A DNA stretch of 64,000 nucleotides from Felis catus (lineage: Eukaryota). Each line of letters opens with the position of its first letter. Position 1 is the first letter of the stretch. This document shows positions 12,189-26,255 of the stretch, one piece after another. The notes under the pieces were generated by a model. That model was not told the DNA's origin. It was given only the letters and a program-made list of their open reading frames with translations, and searched no databases. A program made the translations under genes and the position numbers. The stretch covers positions 45,634,001 through 45,698,000 of the forward strand of contig NC_058368.1 of assembly GCF_018350175.1 (NCBI RefSeq), given 5' to 3'.

Positions 12189-13710
12189 ATAAGGGGACGG
12201 AGGAATAGATCCTAAATGAAAGAACAGGACAAAATCACAGAAAGAGAGCTAAATGTAATGAAGACATATAACATGCCTCAGAGAGAATATAAAGTAATGA
12301 TCATAAAGAAACTCACTGGACTTGAGAAAAGTATGGAAGGCCTCAGTGAGACTCTCAACAAAAAGACAGAAAATATAAAAAAGAACCAATCAGAGACGAA
12401 GAACACAATAAATACAATTTAAAATACACTGGAACAAATAAGTAGTAGACTGGAGGAAGCAGAATGCATCAGCAACCTAGAGGATAGAGTAATGGAAAGC
12501 AATCAAGCTAAGCAGGAGAGAAAAAAATAATAATACTAACAAATGAAAAAAGCCTTAGGGAACTCAGTGAAACCATCAAGTGTAATAACATTTGCATTAT
12601 AGGGATATTAGAAGGAGAAGAGAGAAAAGGGGGCAGAAAATTTATTTGAAGAAATAGTAGTGGAAAACTTCTCCAATTTGGGAAGGAAACAGAAGTTCAG
12701 ATTCAGGAGACACAGAGAGTCCCCCAAAATATCACCCCAAGATGGTCCACACCAAGACAGATATTAATTAAAATGGCAAAAACTAGTGATAAAGAGAGAA
12801 TTTTCAAGCAGCAAGAAAAAAACAAAAGAAAACAAACAAAAAACCAACATCCAGTTACATACTAGGGAAACCCCATAAGGCTATGAGCCAAACTTTGCAG
12901 GCAAGAAAGGGAGTGGCATGAGACAAAGTGCTCCAAGAAAACAAAAACAAAACCCTGCCACCAAGAATACACTATTCAGCAATTCTATCATTCAGAATAG
13001 AGTTATGATAGGAAAAGAGAGGATTCCGTAGTCAGAGAGGGAAAGATTAGGACCTGAGGTCCCTGGGTGGGGAAAAACACATATCTTGGAACAAATGCTG
13101 GGAGCATCTGACCACAGCAAAGCCCCTCAGGTGTAAGGTTCCTCTTAAGAATGTAACAGACATCACCTACTTCCCCTCAGGTTCCCCTGAGGAATTTAAC
13201 AAAAGACCTAACTACAAATAAGTAGATGACCATAAAACATACAACCCACAAGGACTGATATGGCCGTAGACCACCCTCACACAGTGGAATTGAGCCAATC
13301 AGGAATGGACAACCCAGCACCTACAGCTATTAAGCCAATAAGGGTAGGACCAGACAAGAAAAAAGAGGGAAGGGAAAGGAGGGCTGACCAAAACCTTATA
13401 AAACAAAGATCCCTGCCTATTGTCATGGGCATCCACTTTTGAATGCCCCCTCTCTGTAAAGAGAGCTTTCATACTACTTTTCCTTTCCGATCTTATACTC
13501 TAATAAACTTTTGCCTATTTCTCATTTTATGTCCATCTCTTCATTCTTTGAAGTGGTGAGACAACAAATTCCAGATATTGATGTAAAAAATCCTGCAACA
13601 GAGGGAAAGATAAAAAGTTTTCTAGACAAAAGTGAAAGGAGTTCATTACACTAAACCAACCCTACAAGATATGTTAAAGAGATTCTTTTAGTAAAAAGGA
13701 AAGACCATAA
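12189..13710 (+). pseudogene. Decayed L1 ORF1 (interrupted by an LTR)
   Basis: ORF 12216-12422 MKEQDKITERELN...KKNQSETKNTI is L1 ORF1p coiled-coil-like; the L1 sequence resumes after 13600. Confidence 0.85.
13004..13600 (+). mobile_element. ERV1-like solo LTR inserted in L1 ORF1
   Basis: Interrupts L1 between TTCAGAATAGAG and GAGGGAAAGATAAA; ends TCCTGCAACA; flanks gagt/gagg (4-bp TSD, 1 mismatch); two CCAAT boxes, TATAAAA ~13397, AATAAA 13502. Confidence 0.85.
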
Positions 13711-14099
13711 GCAGAAGTAAGAAAAGTAAGAAGCACAAAAGCAGTAAAATTAAGTATATCTATAAAAATCAGTCAAGGGATTCACAAAATAAAAGGATGT
13801 AAAATATGTCACCATACACCTAAAATGTGACGGGAGAGGAATAAAAATTTAGTACTTTTAAGATGGGTTGAAACTTAAGTGACCATCAACTTGATATAGA
13901 TTGCTATATGCATATGATGTTATTTATAAACTGGCTGGAAACCACAAATCAGGAAATGGTGATAGATATGCAAAAAATAAAGAGAAACAATACAAGAATA
14001 TCACTAAAGAAAGGTAGCAACCTATGAGAGAAAAGAGCAAGAGAAGAAAAGAACCGAGGAGAACTACAAAGACAACAATAAAACAAGAAACAGCGGTAA

Positions 14100-17000
14100 G
14101 TACATGTCTATCAATTATTACTTTGAAGGTAAATGGACTAAACACTCCAATCAAAAGACACAGGGTGATGAAATAGATAAAAGAGCAAGATTCATCTATA
14201 TGCTGCCTACAGGAAACTAATTTCAGATCTAAAGACACATGAGGATACAAAATGGGAAATCATTTATAATGCAAATGGTAGTGAAAATAAGGCCAGAGTA
14301 GCAATACTTATATCAGACAAAATAGACTAAAAACAAACTGCAACAAGAGACAAAGAAGAAAAATGTGTAATCACAAAGGGTACAATCCAACAAGAAAATA
14401 CAACAATTATAAATATTTATGCACCTAACATGTAAACACCCAAATACATAAAACACTCATAACAAACTAAAGTAACCGGCAGTAATACAATGGCAGGGAA
14501 CTTTAACACCTCAGTTAGATCAATGGATAGATCATCCAAACAGAAAATCTGCAACGAAACCATGACTTTGAACAGCATATTGGATTACATGGATCTAATA
14601 GATGCATTGCATCCTAAACCACCAGAATACATATTGCTTTCATGGGCACATTGAACATTCTCCAGAATTTATCACACTGTAGGCCACAAAAACAGGTTTC
14701 AAAAAGATAATTATTATACCATGCTTTTTTGTTTGTTTGTTTTTTGAGAGAGAGAGAGAGAGAGAACTTGTAAGTCAGGGAGAAGGGCAGAGGGAAAGAG
14801 AGAGAGAATCTTAAGCAGACTCCACACTTAAGCCCAGTGTGTTGCTCGATTCCACAAGCCTGGAATCATGACCTGAGCCAAAATCAAGAATCAGACATTC
14901 AACCAACTGAACCACTCAGGCGCCCCACCATGTATTTTTTGTGACCACAACTCTATGAAAATAGAAATAAGCTGCAAGAAAGAAATCTAAAAATAATACA
15001 TGGTGGTAAAATAACTTGCTACTAAACAATGAATGGGTCAACCAAAGATGAAATCAAAAAGATATCAAAGAAATAAAAAAAAAAAAATAGGTGGAGACAA
15101 AAGAAAATGGAAACACAATGGTCCAAAAACTTTGGGATGCAGTAAAAGCTGTTCTGTGAAGAAAATTTAGAGCAAAACCACCCTGTCAAAGGAATCAAGA
15201 AAAATCTCAAACAACCTAACCTTACATCTAAAGGAGCTAGAAAAAAAAAATAAATAAATAAAATAAAAACCCAAACTAACAGTAGGAAGGAAATAATAAA
15301 GAATAGAGCAGAAATACATAAATAAAAACTAAAAGACAAAATAAAACAAACAAAACAATGGAACAGATGAATGAAACCAGGAGTTGGTTCTTTGAAAGAT
15401 CCAGAAAATTGATAAACCTTTAATGAGATTCATAATAAAAAAAGAGGATTCAAACAAAACAGAAATGAGAGAGGAGAAATAATTGACACCATGAATTACA
15501 AACAAGTGTATGCCAACAAATTAGACAGTCATTGGAAGAAATGGATAAATTCTCAGAAAAATATAACCTCCCAAAATAGAAAAAAAAGAGAAAATTTGAA
15601 CAGACTGATTACCAGCAATGAAATTTAATCAGTAATCAAAAAAATCCCAACAAAAACAAAAGTCCAGGACCAGATGCCTTCACAGGTGAATTCTACCCAA
15701 CATTTAAAGAAGAATATTTACCTGTTCTCCAACTATTTCCCCCACACTCCCCGCCCCCCACAAAAAAATGCTTCCAAATTCAACTATGAGCCCAGCATTG
15801 TCTGGATACTAAAGCCTGATAAAAACAAAACAACAACAACAACAAAAAGAACTACATGAACATAGATGCAAAATCCTCAACAAAATATTAGCACATCTAA
15901 TCAAACAATATATTAAAATTATTCACTATTATCAATTGGGATTTATTCCTCGGATGCAAGGGTGGTTCAATGTTCACAAACCAATCAATGTGATATATCA
16001 ATAGAAAGATTAAAGCCATACAATCATTTCAATAGATGCAGAAAACCATCTATGATTACAAACCCTCAACAAAGCAGGTTTAGAGGGAACATATCTCAAC
16101 ATAATAAAGACCATTTATGAAAAAAACACAGCCAACATTACACCCAATGGTGGAAAATAGAGTTTTCTCCCTAAGATCAGGAACAAAACAAGGATGTCCT
16201 CCACTCTTACCACTTTTATTCAGTACATCACTGGAAGTCCTAGCCATAGTAATCAGACAAGAAATAGGCATACAAATTGCTAAGGAAGAAGTAAAACTTT
16301 TCACTATTTGCAGTGACATGATCCTATACAAAGAAAACCCTAAAGACTCCACCAATAAGCTATTAGAACTGATAAATTAATTCAGTAAGGTCTCAGAGTA
16401 CAAAATCAATGTACAGAGATCTTGTATTTCTATACATTATAATTAACAGGATGAGAATACTCCCCATTTACAACTGTACAAAAAAATGAAATACTTAGAC
16501 ATAAACTTAACGAAGGAGGTGAAAGACCTGTACTTAGAAAACTATAAAACACTGGTGAAAGAAACTAAAGATGACACAAATGGAAAGATATCCTATGATC
16601 ATTGATTTAAAGATTATTATTAAAACGTCTATATTACCCAAAACACTCTACCTATGTAATGCAATCTCTATCAAAATGCCAACAGCATTTATCACAGAAC
16701 TAAAAATTAATGAAATGTACAAGGAACCACAAAAGGCCCTAAGTAGCCAAAGCAAACTTGAAAAGAACAAAATGGGAAGTATCACAATCTCAGATTTCAA
16801 GATACACTACATAATAAGAGCAATCAAAACAGCATGGTACTGGCACAAAAATGGGCATACAGATCAACAGAACAGAATAAAGTGGCTAGAAATAACCCAT
16901 GATTATATGGTCAATTAATCTTTGACAAAGGAGGCAAGAATACACATGGGAAAGAGACAATCTCATCAACAAATGCCACTGGGAAACTGGGCAACTATTT

Positions 17001-17900
17001 TCAAAAGATAAATCTAGACCACTTTCTCACATACATCATAGACAAAAATAAACTCAACATGGATTAAACGCCTTAATGTGAGATCTGGAACCATGAAAAT
17101 CCTAGAACAGGACATAGGCAGTAGATACTGTGACACTGGCCATAGCAACATTTTTCTAGTGATGTCTCCCGAGGCAAAGGAAACAAAAAGAAACTATTGA
17201 GGCCCCATGAAATTAAAAAGCTTCAGCACAGCAAAGAAAACCAACAAAATTAAAGGCCATTTACTTAATAGGAAGATATTCACAAATGGTATATCTGATA
17301 AAGTGTTGGTATCCAAAATATATAAACTGACACAACTCAACACACACACGCACATACACGTGATCCAATTTAAAATGGGTATAAAATTTGAATAGACATT
17401 TTTTCAAGAAAGAAATACAGATGGCCAACAGACACAGTAGAGGATGCTCAATATCACTCATCAATGAAATACAAATCAAAACCAATGAGATATCAGACCT
17501 GTAAGAATGATTAAATAAAAAACACGAGAAACAGCAAGTGTTGGCAAGGATGTGGAGGAAAAGGAACCCTCATGCATTATTGGTGGAAATGCATACTGTT
17601 GCAGCAATTGTGGAAAACAGTATGCAGGTTCCACAAAAAATTAAAAATAGAATGACCATATGACGCAGTTCCAGTCCCAGGTATTTACCCAAAAAACACA
17701 AAGCCACTGATATGAAAAAATATATACACTCTTTTGTTTATTGCAGTGTTATAATAGCCAAATTATGGAAGCAGCCCAAGTGTCCATCAACCAATAGGTG
17801 GCAAATTCGATGTTACCATTTTCAGTAACATGGATGTATCTAGAGGGTATAGCACTAAGTTAAAGATGTCAGAGAAAGACAAATACCATATCATTTCACT
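14100..17900 (+). pseudogene. Decayed L1 ORF2 (endonuclease / reverse transcriptase)
   Basis: Translated pieces [23 protein letters not shown]...[12 protein letters not shown] and IKTAWYWHKN match L1 ORF2p; fragmented. Confidence 0.93.
14725..14926 (-). mobile_element. Can-SINE nested in L1 ORF2
   Basis: Ends CACTCAGGCGCCCC; TSD accatg on both sides. Confidence 0.95.
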
Positions 17901-18611
17901 CATATGTGGAATTTAATAGGCAAGACAAAAAAAAAAAGAGAGAGAAACCAAAAAAAGCGGACTCTCAACTATAAAGAATAAACTGATGGTTACAGAAGGG
18001 TTGGTGGGGGGATGGGTGAAATAGGTTGAGGGGATGAAGAGTACATCCGTCATGGTGAGCACTGAATAATACATAGAATTATTGAATCACTGTAATGCAC
18101 ACCTGAAAAGTAATAGGACACTGTGTGTTAACTATACTGGAATTAAAAAAAAAAAAAAAACAAAGTGGCAACAAAAGTAACAAATGTCTTCTAATATAAA
18201 ATCTAGAATGCTTAATGAACCTCAGTGCTAAGAGCACTGTTGATAGACTTTCATTTAAGGTTTGGACACATTACCATTAGGGATCTATTTCATCTTTCTC
18301 TTGAAAAACATCTAAAAGAAACAAGGAAAACAGTAGTGACAACACAACTTTACTTTCTTCAAAGTTTTCCTGTTCTCTCAAGTTGATGTAAGAGCTAAAC
18401 TCAACAGAGGTACAGTAGGTATAGGAAGATTCCATGCAGACAGAATCGGCAAGAAAATACCACCAAAAGAGAAATAAAGCAATGAAAGAGACTAATAATT
18501 GTAGCGATAGAACACAAAAATTATACCTTCTCAAATAAATTCTAATGCTGAGGTCCAAAAGCTTCTAACAGCAACAAAAGAGTGACTGTAGCAGTGTCCT
18601 TCAACTAACTG

Positions 18612-19080
18612 GCCATTTCAGTTCTCTATTACAATGTAACAAACCACTCTGGAATACAGTGGCTCAAATAAACAACACTTAATTATACCTCATGGTTATG
18701 TGAGTAAACTGAATTATTTTGTTTTAGGTGGTATCAGATGAGATGCTTGAAAGGTCCAAAGTGTCCTCATTCTTACGGCTGGCAATTGACATTGCAGTGG
18801 CCTTGATTTAATTGAGCCTCTTCATGTGGCTGTTTGAGATTCCAACAGAAGATGGTCTCAGGGTAGCGAGAACTCTGACATGGGGGCCAGATTCCAATAG
18901 TTCAAATATGGAAGCTGCCAGACCTTCTCAAGGCTTGACGTTGAAACTCTCACATTGTGACTTCTGTCTCATTGCTCTGGGGAAAGTGATGTCAGCCAGA
19001 TTCAAGAGGAGGGTACTACAGAAGAGCATGTACAATAGACTGTATGGTTCTCCAGGGCCACCAAAGTAAAATCTGTCACA
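18612..19080 (-). mobile_element. Old MaLR LTR (MLT1G/H-like)
   Basis: CTATTACAATGTAACAAACCAC...AGTGGCTCAAATAAACAACAC and GGAAGCTGCCAGACCTTCT...CTTCTGTCTCATT typical of MLT1 antisense. Confidence 0.7.
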
Positions 19081-19779
19081 TAGGGCTGAGCAAAGAATAT
19101 CATCAACAAGCCATGGTTGCAAGAAGCAGTCTGTCTCTGTTGCAACAAAAGAAATGAAAATGCCTAAATAAGAAAACATATTCTCTATCTCCATTGGTTA
19201 GGGAAGAAAAAATAACTATAAAAACATGTAAAAAAATCATCTATCATTAAAAAATAAAATCTCAGTTAATTTGGAGTAGAGTCCTATTTCATCCTACCAC
19301 CACCAGTGGAGCAAACCAAATACACACTACTCCAAATACCTGGAGAAATCTACACTTTTCAATGATTGAAAAAAATATATATATATTTTAAAAAGGAACC
19401 AATATAGTACCATTACAAAGATACTACATGGAAAAAAGAAAAAGGAGGCTGGTGCTAAGGAAAGAACCACAATAGAAATAATTACAAAGAAGCTTCATCA
19501 GAAAGAAAAAAATTAGAGGGAGATTTATGACCAGTTTTAACCCATGGATTATCAAAATAAAACAAAAAGATAAGCCATCAAAAATGTGATAATTCCTATG
19601 AAAATATGACAAAGCAGAATGCAGGAACTCAAAGAATTAGCAGAACTCAATGGCAAAAAATAGAACATGGAAATTCACATCAAAGCGTTAAAAGCATCCA
19701 GGAAATAAGTGAAAAAAAAAACAAAATAGAGAAGAGATTGTGATACACTTGTTAAGAGATTTAGAGGACAGAAATGACA

Positions 19780-19965
19780 GGGGTGCCTGGGTGTCTGTTA
19801 GTTAAGCATCCGACTTTAGCTCAGGTCATGATCTATTTGTGAGTTAGAGTCCCAGGTCGGGCTATGTGCTGCAGCTCAGACTCTGGAGCCTGCTTTAGAT
19901 TTTGTGTCTCCCTCTCTGTCTGCCCCTCCCTCTCTCTCAAAAAACTAAAATAAACATCTAAAATT
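19780..19965 (+). mobile_element. Can-SINE
   Basis: GGGGTGCCTGGGTG...AGCTCAGGTCATGATC...GGAGCCTGCTTTAGATT. Confidence 0.93.
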
Positions 19966-20780
19966 TTTTTAATGACAAAAATGTGCAAATAAAAGTAATT
20001 TCAAAGATTGGAAGGAAAACAATAGCATAAGCAAACAAACCACAAATTTTCAATCCTGCAGAAAAACTTGAAATAAAAAAAAGACAAATTGTATAATTAA
20101 AAAGGTTTGCCAAAAAATTAAAAAAAATATTTAAAATAGTGAAGGCCACATTGTATGTCGGGATAAATTAGATAAAAATAACAAATATTGATTCAGATCC
20201 TAGCAATATTTCTGGAATTCAAATGGGAGGATATTTTGGTTTTGCATACAGGCAAAAACAGTCACTTCCATGAGCAAAAGTTTCATCTTGTGGCACACTA
20301 ATACATACAGAATTCTCAAGGAAAGAAAATGCAATCAAAGTTTTGTTCCTTTCACTCAAATTCAACAGCAATAAACATGCAAAGACATGGGGAGTATTAA
20401 TCTTATGAGCCATTATAGAGAAATCCAGTAGAAAACAAACATCAAGGAATGAAAATGTGATTGTGAAAAGCTCAAGAACTGGTAAGAATGAATACATTTA
20501 ATGGTGCAGCTGTTAACTAAAACTAATGTGAACTTTGAAATTACAGAATATAAATTGTATATATCTTGACAATACACAATGATAAATATATTTTCCCCAT
20601 CCCACACTCTTATAATGGTCCTTTAATTTTTTTAGGTAACATGTTTTAATGCGACAACTATGTTCCATTGTATACTTGACCATATCCAGACCAGAACTCA
20701 GAGAAACACGCAGAGCATTCAAGCTTACACTAATATGAAATATAAAGTTAAATAATAATCCAGGTTGACTAGTTAGAAAA

Positions 20781-20840
20781 AATATATATAAACAATATAT
20801 ATACAATATATAAACAAATATATAAACAATATATAAACAA
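20781..20840. repeat. Short tandem repeat, unit ~AATATATAAAC
   Basis: About five imperfect 11-13-bp copies. Confidence 0.8.
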
Positions 20841-23559
20841 AATGGGAAAAAAAGCGATATTATAAAGGGGAAAATAATGTATTGAAGATACTGGAATAAA
20901 TAGGTTATAAGTACTCATTTCAAAGACATAGTAAAACAGAGAAGCCAACGGCTAACCTAATTAAGGAAAGAAATTTCAGGAAAGAGGTCACAAATACACA
21001 AAAACGCTTAAGGGAAATTATCCATAGGTAAGGAAACATAAGAGCAATGAGTTACGTTTTCTAAACTTTACATAAATAAGCATTTAAAAACCTGTATGAA
21101 CTGTACAGTTTCCTATGGAAATAGTTGGCAAAAGTGACTCTGGAACAGTTAAGCAAACTTAAATTTCCAGGGTAAAAAATATAAAAAGGTTTGGAGACCA
21201 ACCCTTTCCCGTTCTCTCTCTGGTGACAAGCGCCAAGCATGTATGTTTTCAGTGGGGAATTCTGAATTTAAAAATAAAAATTTAAAAATTGGATAAATTT
21301 AATGATATTAAACTAGCTACAAGTCACATACAGTGAAAATAAAAACATTTCAAATCTTTTTTAAGTAAAAATAATCAATACTAAAACTTTGAAATTTTAA
21401 ATGAAAAAAGGTATAAACTCTCATTACATATGTTTATGTAAAAAAAATATTCACAAAGAGAACACACATATTAAAAGTAGAGTAGTGAGCCATGATGAAA
21501 TGAGGCTTATATCATAAAGGTAAGGATGCTGCAATATTTGAATAAATCCTACATTCTTATATTCTTATATCATGATATAATTATCACAATTGTGTTAGGA
21601 AAAAATATCTTGATAAACTTCAACCTAGAATTTGGAAAAATTCAAGATCCATCCTTGATAAGTAATTCCACGAAGAAGAATATTTTTTAAAGGAGAATGT
21701 AAATGCATTCTATACAAGATGAGCATTATACATGTAACACATGATACCTGCCCAATGCATATCTTCCCTTCACCCAGGAGAAATAAAACCTCCTTCTGCA
21801 ACCCACAAATCCATCCACATTTCACTTGCAGCATAACTTGAATTGTAGTAATTTATAGATCAAGCTTCTCAAAGGCAATTATGAGATCACATGTATCTTT
21901 TTAGTCTGGCATCAACCTGAGTTTCTGACCCAGATTTGTCAAGAACCGTGAAGAGCTTCATATCTTCCCCTATTTACAAGCTTCCTACCTATATCACCTT
22001 ACTTTCAAATTAGCCTGCCTCAGTTTCTTGGAGGCTGGCATAAGGCATGAATATCCTGGGTAAAAGGAAACATGACTCCGAGAAAGTAGCATGAGATCAG
22101 CTTATTACTGTCATTTATTCTTTCTCCCCAGTTCCACAAGAGGAACACAAATAGACCACACGGATATCTGGACACACTGTGAGCTGCACTGAAGGACAGG
22201 AAATTAAGAAACACAAATCTTTTTAATGGGCTGTACATGCATGACTTTAGCCCAAAGGGAGGCAACATATTTCTAACACTGGACTCTAAGTATGCTTGGC
22301 TTTTTCTTTGGAGGGAGACATTATCTCTATCATCCAAAGATGTCCACTATGTAAATATCTTTAAAAAAACTTAGTCTGTAACAGAGTGCAGTTAATACTT
22401 TGCTTCATAAGATGAATGGAAATGCATGAGACCCATGGACAACTGTCTAGCAACAATTACATATTTAAATATTCCCCAATACGTGAATCTAACTCATGAA
22501 AAAAATGAGCTAAGTGTTTTCACGTTAAGAGCGGAAAATTGAAAACTTGGGTTCTTTTAGTTTCAATAAAACAAAGAAATCATGTTGGAGGAAGTTTCTA
22601 ACCAATCAGCTCTACTTGTTCTCTGTCCTTGAGTGGCTGAAGCTTAAGAACACCAGCCAAGCTATCAACATGAACAAGAGAATCTTAGATCCATCAAAAA
22701 GAATCTTCCATCTATCAAAAAGATCTTACCTTTTAAGCTGTCAAAAAGAGAAATTAGATCTAAAGTTTCATTTCACTTAAGTATTTAGTTGTAGCTTCTC
22801 ATAGCATGAATTGATGTCCTGTTTATTATATAATATCATCTCCTTGTTTCTACTGCCTCGTTAGTGGGAATGCTACAAATGGACCAAAGTCAGTTATTAC
22901 ATCCTTGAATTTAATCTTTTAGAAATTGGGTTTGTTGTTTTCTGAAAATTCTAGAAAGAGAGAGAAATGATCTTTGGTATGATATAATCCTAAACAGAGA
23001 TACCATGGGCAGAGCTTGCTACATAAGCCGTGTGTTATTAGACGCATCTTCAGTATGAAATACTATGTGGGTTAAATTTTCATATTTTCTTTGTCTACAT
23101 TTTATTTCAGTTCATAAGGGAAAATATAGTTAAGAAAAAAAGGCTTAGGTTAGTTGACTATTTGAGTAAGAATTAATCCATTTGTGCTGTGGAACAATTA
23201 TTCTAGAAAAGGCTACCCTTTAGCAGAAAAGTTGGTTCTAGAATGCTCATTTATCTATGCTCAAAAATACTGGGTGAAATCTCTGTTACATGGTGGTAGA
23301 CATTTAAAGCATTCCAAAATAGAAGTCTCTATTCTAATAAAAATGATCAGGGATAACAATGTCAACACATTTAGAAAAGGCCTGATAAAAATGCCAAGGT
23401 AACATGGTCTCTGATGACTTAAGCTAAACAGAATAAACCCGGAAGATAAAAAATATAAATAAATAAATAAGACAGTCCCATGCTTCCTCACAGAAATAAA
23501 AAAAATAATTTTTTGAAGTTTATGAAATGACAGCTGTTTCCTAATTGAAAATAAATAAC

Positions 23560-23662
23560 ATAACTGAAAGTGTTTGTCAAAATAACTAGACCATTGAAAA
23601 TGTGGGCATAGTGCATAGGTTTTCAAAATCAACTGACTGAATGTTTGAATGAATGAATGAAT
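23560..23662 (+). mobile_element. L2 3' end fragment
   Basis: GGCATAGTGCATAGG...ATGTTTGAATGAATGAATGAAT tail. Confidence 0.55.
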
Positions 23663-25319
23663 TTGGCCTAAAGAATTAGTGATATATAAATCTTCAGGTT
23701 TCCCCTAGGCTTCTTAGCTAGTAAAATAAATATGGACTAGGGGTTCAATCAATCTTTCCCCTTATATCAAAAGTACACATTGAACAGACTTAAAACAAAA
23801 AGAAAGCTGATAGCTTCAGAAGTCCTTAGAGAATAATGTGTAAACAGGAACTCATCCCAAACTATCCCTGCCCCGTTTAATACACATTTTACTATTCAAG
23901 CTGGGTATCAGCATAGCCTATAAACTGTAAGCTCCACTTCCAAGCTTTCTTAATATCTGTAATTGACATATACGTACTTTTCTAAAGTGACTTCTGGCAA
24001 TTTTCTCTGGGGCAAAATTTTTAGAAAACTAGGCAGATGGTAAGTGCATATAGTTGGAAGTTTTGCATTTTGTATGCTCATTCTGAGTTTGTCATATTTT
24101 TGGTTGCTTGTGAGTTACCAGTACATTTTGTGACAATTAATAGGGCATCACAACATTGATTAATTCAGGTAGGGTATAGTATCACCCAAGTCTAACAAAT
24201 AAATATATCAGAAATAAGTCATTTTTTGTGCTATACTGGATTTTACTCTCTTATAAACAAATAAAAATCTAAATATTTATAGGTATGAGTTGAAATCCTT
24301 CAAAATATTCAATAGAGGTAAATCTTATTTCTCAAATCTGAATACTAATGTTAACATTTGAGATCTGATATATACAGATTTTGATTCTTACAAATTTTTT
24401 TATTTCATGATGCACATAAATTATCTGATGTTATTTTCAAACAATGTCAGAGCTGGATCTTAAGATACATTGTGTGTCCAAAGGATACCATTTACCCTAT
24501 AATCACTAGATGAGAGTAACCATTTCTCAAAGATGCTAGCAGTGATAATGACTTGAAAGTGGGTGGAATGGGGAATATGGATGCCTTTTTTCCCTCTCTA
24601 CTTTTGATTTTGATTTTCCACTTTTCTGTTATTTGCATTTTGGTAGTGGCAGTTATAGTTTTTATAGTTCAAATATGTAGTAATGTGATTTAAAATACAT
24701 TTAGAAATATTATTTAACATTTAATGAATTTTTAAAGTTTTGTGTTCTAACTCAGGGAAGTTCCTGGTTTAGAATTTACATTATTCACGGTTGGGCAATT
24801 TGAAATGACCTCTCTCTGAACAGGAAAAGCAATTTTAACTCACCTGAATCCATGTAACCACAGATTTTTCTCAGTATTTTTTTTTACTACCTATTATAGA
24901 TTTTAAGGCACATCTTTGAAATTTCAGAGGCCTATTTTATCGTAAATACTAGCTTAATGTAATGATGATGGCCTGTCCCTTTACAGTCCTTTTTCAGATT
25001 AATGTAAGTGCCTGTTAGAAAATTCAAAGAGTTTATTTAAAATGGAATAATGTCAATTTTATTATTTTCAATAAAATGTATATGGCTATCATTTGAGTGT
25101 TTCTATATTTCTGTATTCTTGAAACCAAGCACATTAAAGAAGTTTAAGTGACATCTTTTTCTTCTAAAAGTTGAAATTTATCTTTTTTTTGGTTTTATAA
25201 TTAAACAGGAAAAATAGTGTTATGATAGGCAGTGGGAACACATTCTGTCAGGCAGTAGTACATAAATGTATGCAGTTGATTTATTCACCAGAAATTTTAT
25301 ATTACCCTTTAATCCTGAT

Positions 25320-25526
25320 TTTATTTTTTTAATTTTTTTGTTTGCTTATTTATCTGGTTTTGAGGCTGGGGAGGGGCAGAGAGTGAGGGAGATAGAGAAT
25401 CCCTAGCAGGTCTTGCTCTGTCAGCACACAGCCCTATGTGGGGCTAGAACTCATGAACCATGAGATCATGACCTGAGCCGAAATCAGGAGTCAGAGGTCT
25501 AAGCAGCAGAGCCACCCAGGCACTCC
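25320..25526 (-). mobile_element. Can-SINE
   Basis: GAGATCATGACCTGAGCCGAAATCAGGAGTC...GAGCCACCCAGGCAC; TSD atcctgatttt. Confidence 0.94.
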
Positions 25527-26049
25527 TGATCCTGATTTTCAAGGTTATCTTCTGATTATCAGTGGGAGTAGGGGGTAGGGAGTTACACTGAAGCATCATG
25601 TCAAACATATAACTGTTTCCCATTGACACTGTTAATACCTGTTCTCTAATCAATTATAGTATCATCAGATTCCTTTGTTTTTCAGTAATCATTGGCTAAA
25701 CTAGAGGACCTTTCACACATCACTACTAGAGGGACCTGACTTTTCATCTTAGTGACTACTTTTTTTCCCCCATACAAATTACTATATTTGGCCTGCAATG
25801 CATTTTACCAACAGGCTTTACCAGTTATACTGTTTCTGATCTTTGTGATTTTTAAAACCAAAAAAAAAAAATGTTTTAATACTTTGTACTCAATACTTGT
25901 AATGTTGTTCATGCCTCATCTGGCCACCAGATGCACACCTAACTGCACTTGCTATCAAAGACATTTAGGCATTTGATAGGGTGGCAATTAGGTTTGTTCA
26001 TAACTACTCAGCATGGCTCACGATACTGTGCTTCGTGACATTTGAAATT

Positions 26050-26255
26050 CACAGGCATATGTTAATTATCTTATTTAATCATCTCCACAATCCTGTCAGG
26101 AAACAAAACTGGTATCAACCTCCACACATTTTTTCAGATGCTGAAGCGGAGATCCAGAAAGATGAAGTGACTTATGAAAGAGCCAATACTTAGGTAGTCT
26201 AAGATAAAGAACTCCTGTTTCAAGACTTCTTAGCCCATGCTCTTTCCACTAAAAT
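26050..26255 (-). mobile_element. MIR
   Basis: TTATTTAATCATCTCCACAATCCTGTCAGG...CATTTTTTCAGATGCTGAAGCGGAGATCCAGAAAGATGAAGTGACTT...CCCATGCTCTTTCCACT. Confidence 0.75.

Larger units (their letters stand above)
10621..18160 (+). mobile_element. Full-length, inactivated carnivore LINE-1 (L1_Carn-like)
   Basis: 5' end AACTTCTGGGGAATATGGCAGAG..GACCCTAAGCTCACC, ~1.55-kb 5'UTR, ORF1 and ORF2 remnants in order, 3'UTR and poly(A) ending at 18160; many stops and frameshifts. Confidence 0.95.
19350..21700 (+). mobile_element. Highly decayed ancient L1M remnants
   Basis: Strong A-rich strand bias with scattered ORF1/ORF2-like stretches; boundaries uncertain. Confidence 0.5.

Noticed and set aside
16117..16918. 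Reverse-transcriptase-like ORFs as a functional enzyme
   Set aside because: Short fragments of a frameshifted, stop-riddled L1 ORF2
22680..22750. Three degenerate ~21-bp repeats containing TCAAAAAGA
   Set aside because: Short, imperfect local duplication with no spacer structure
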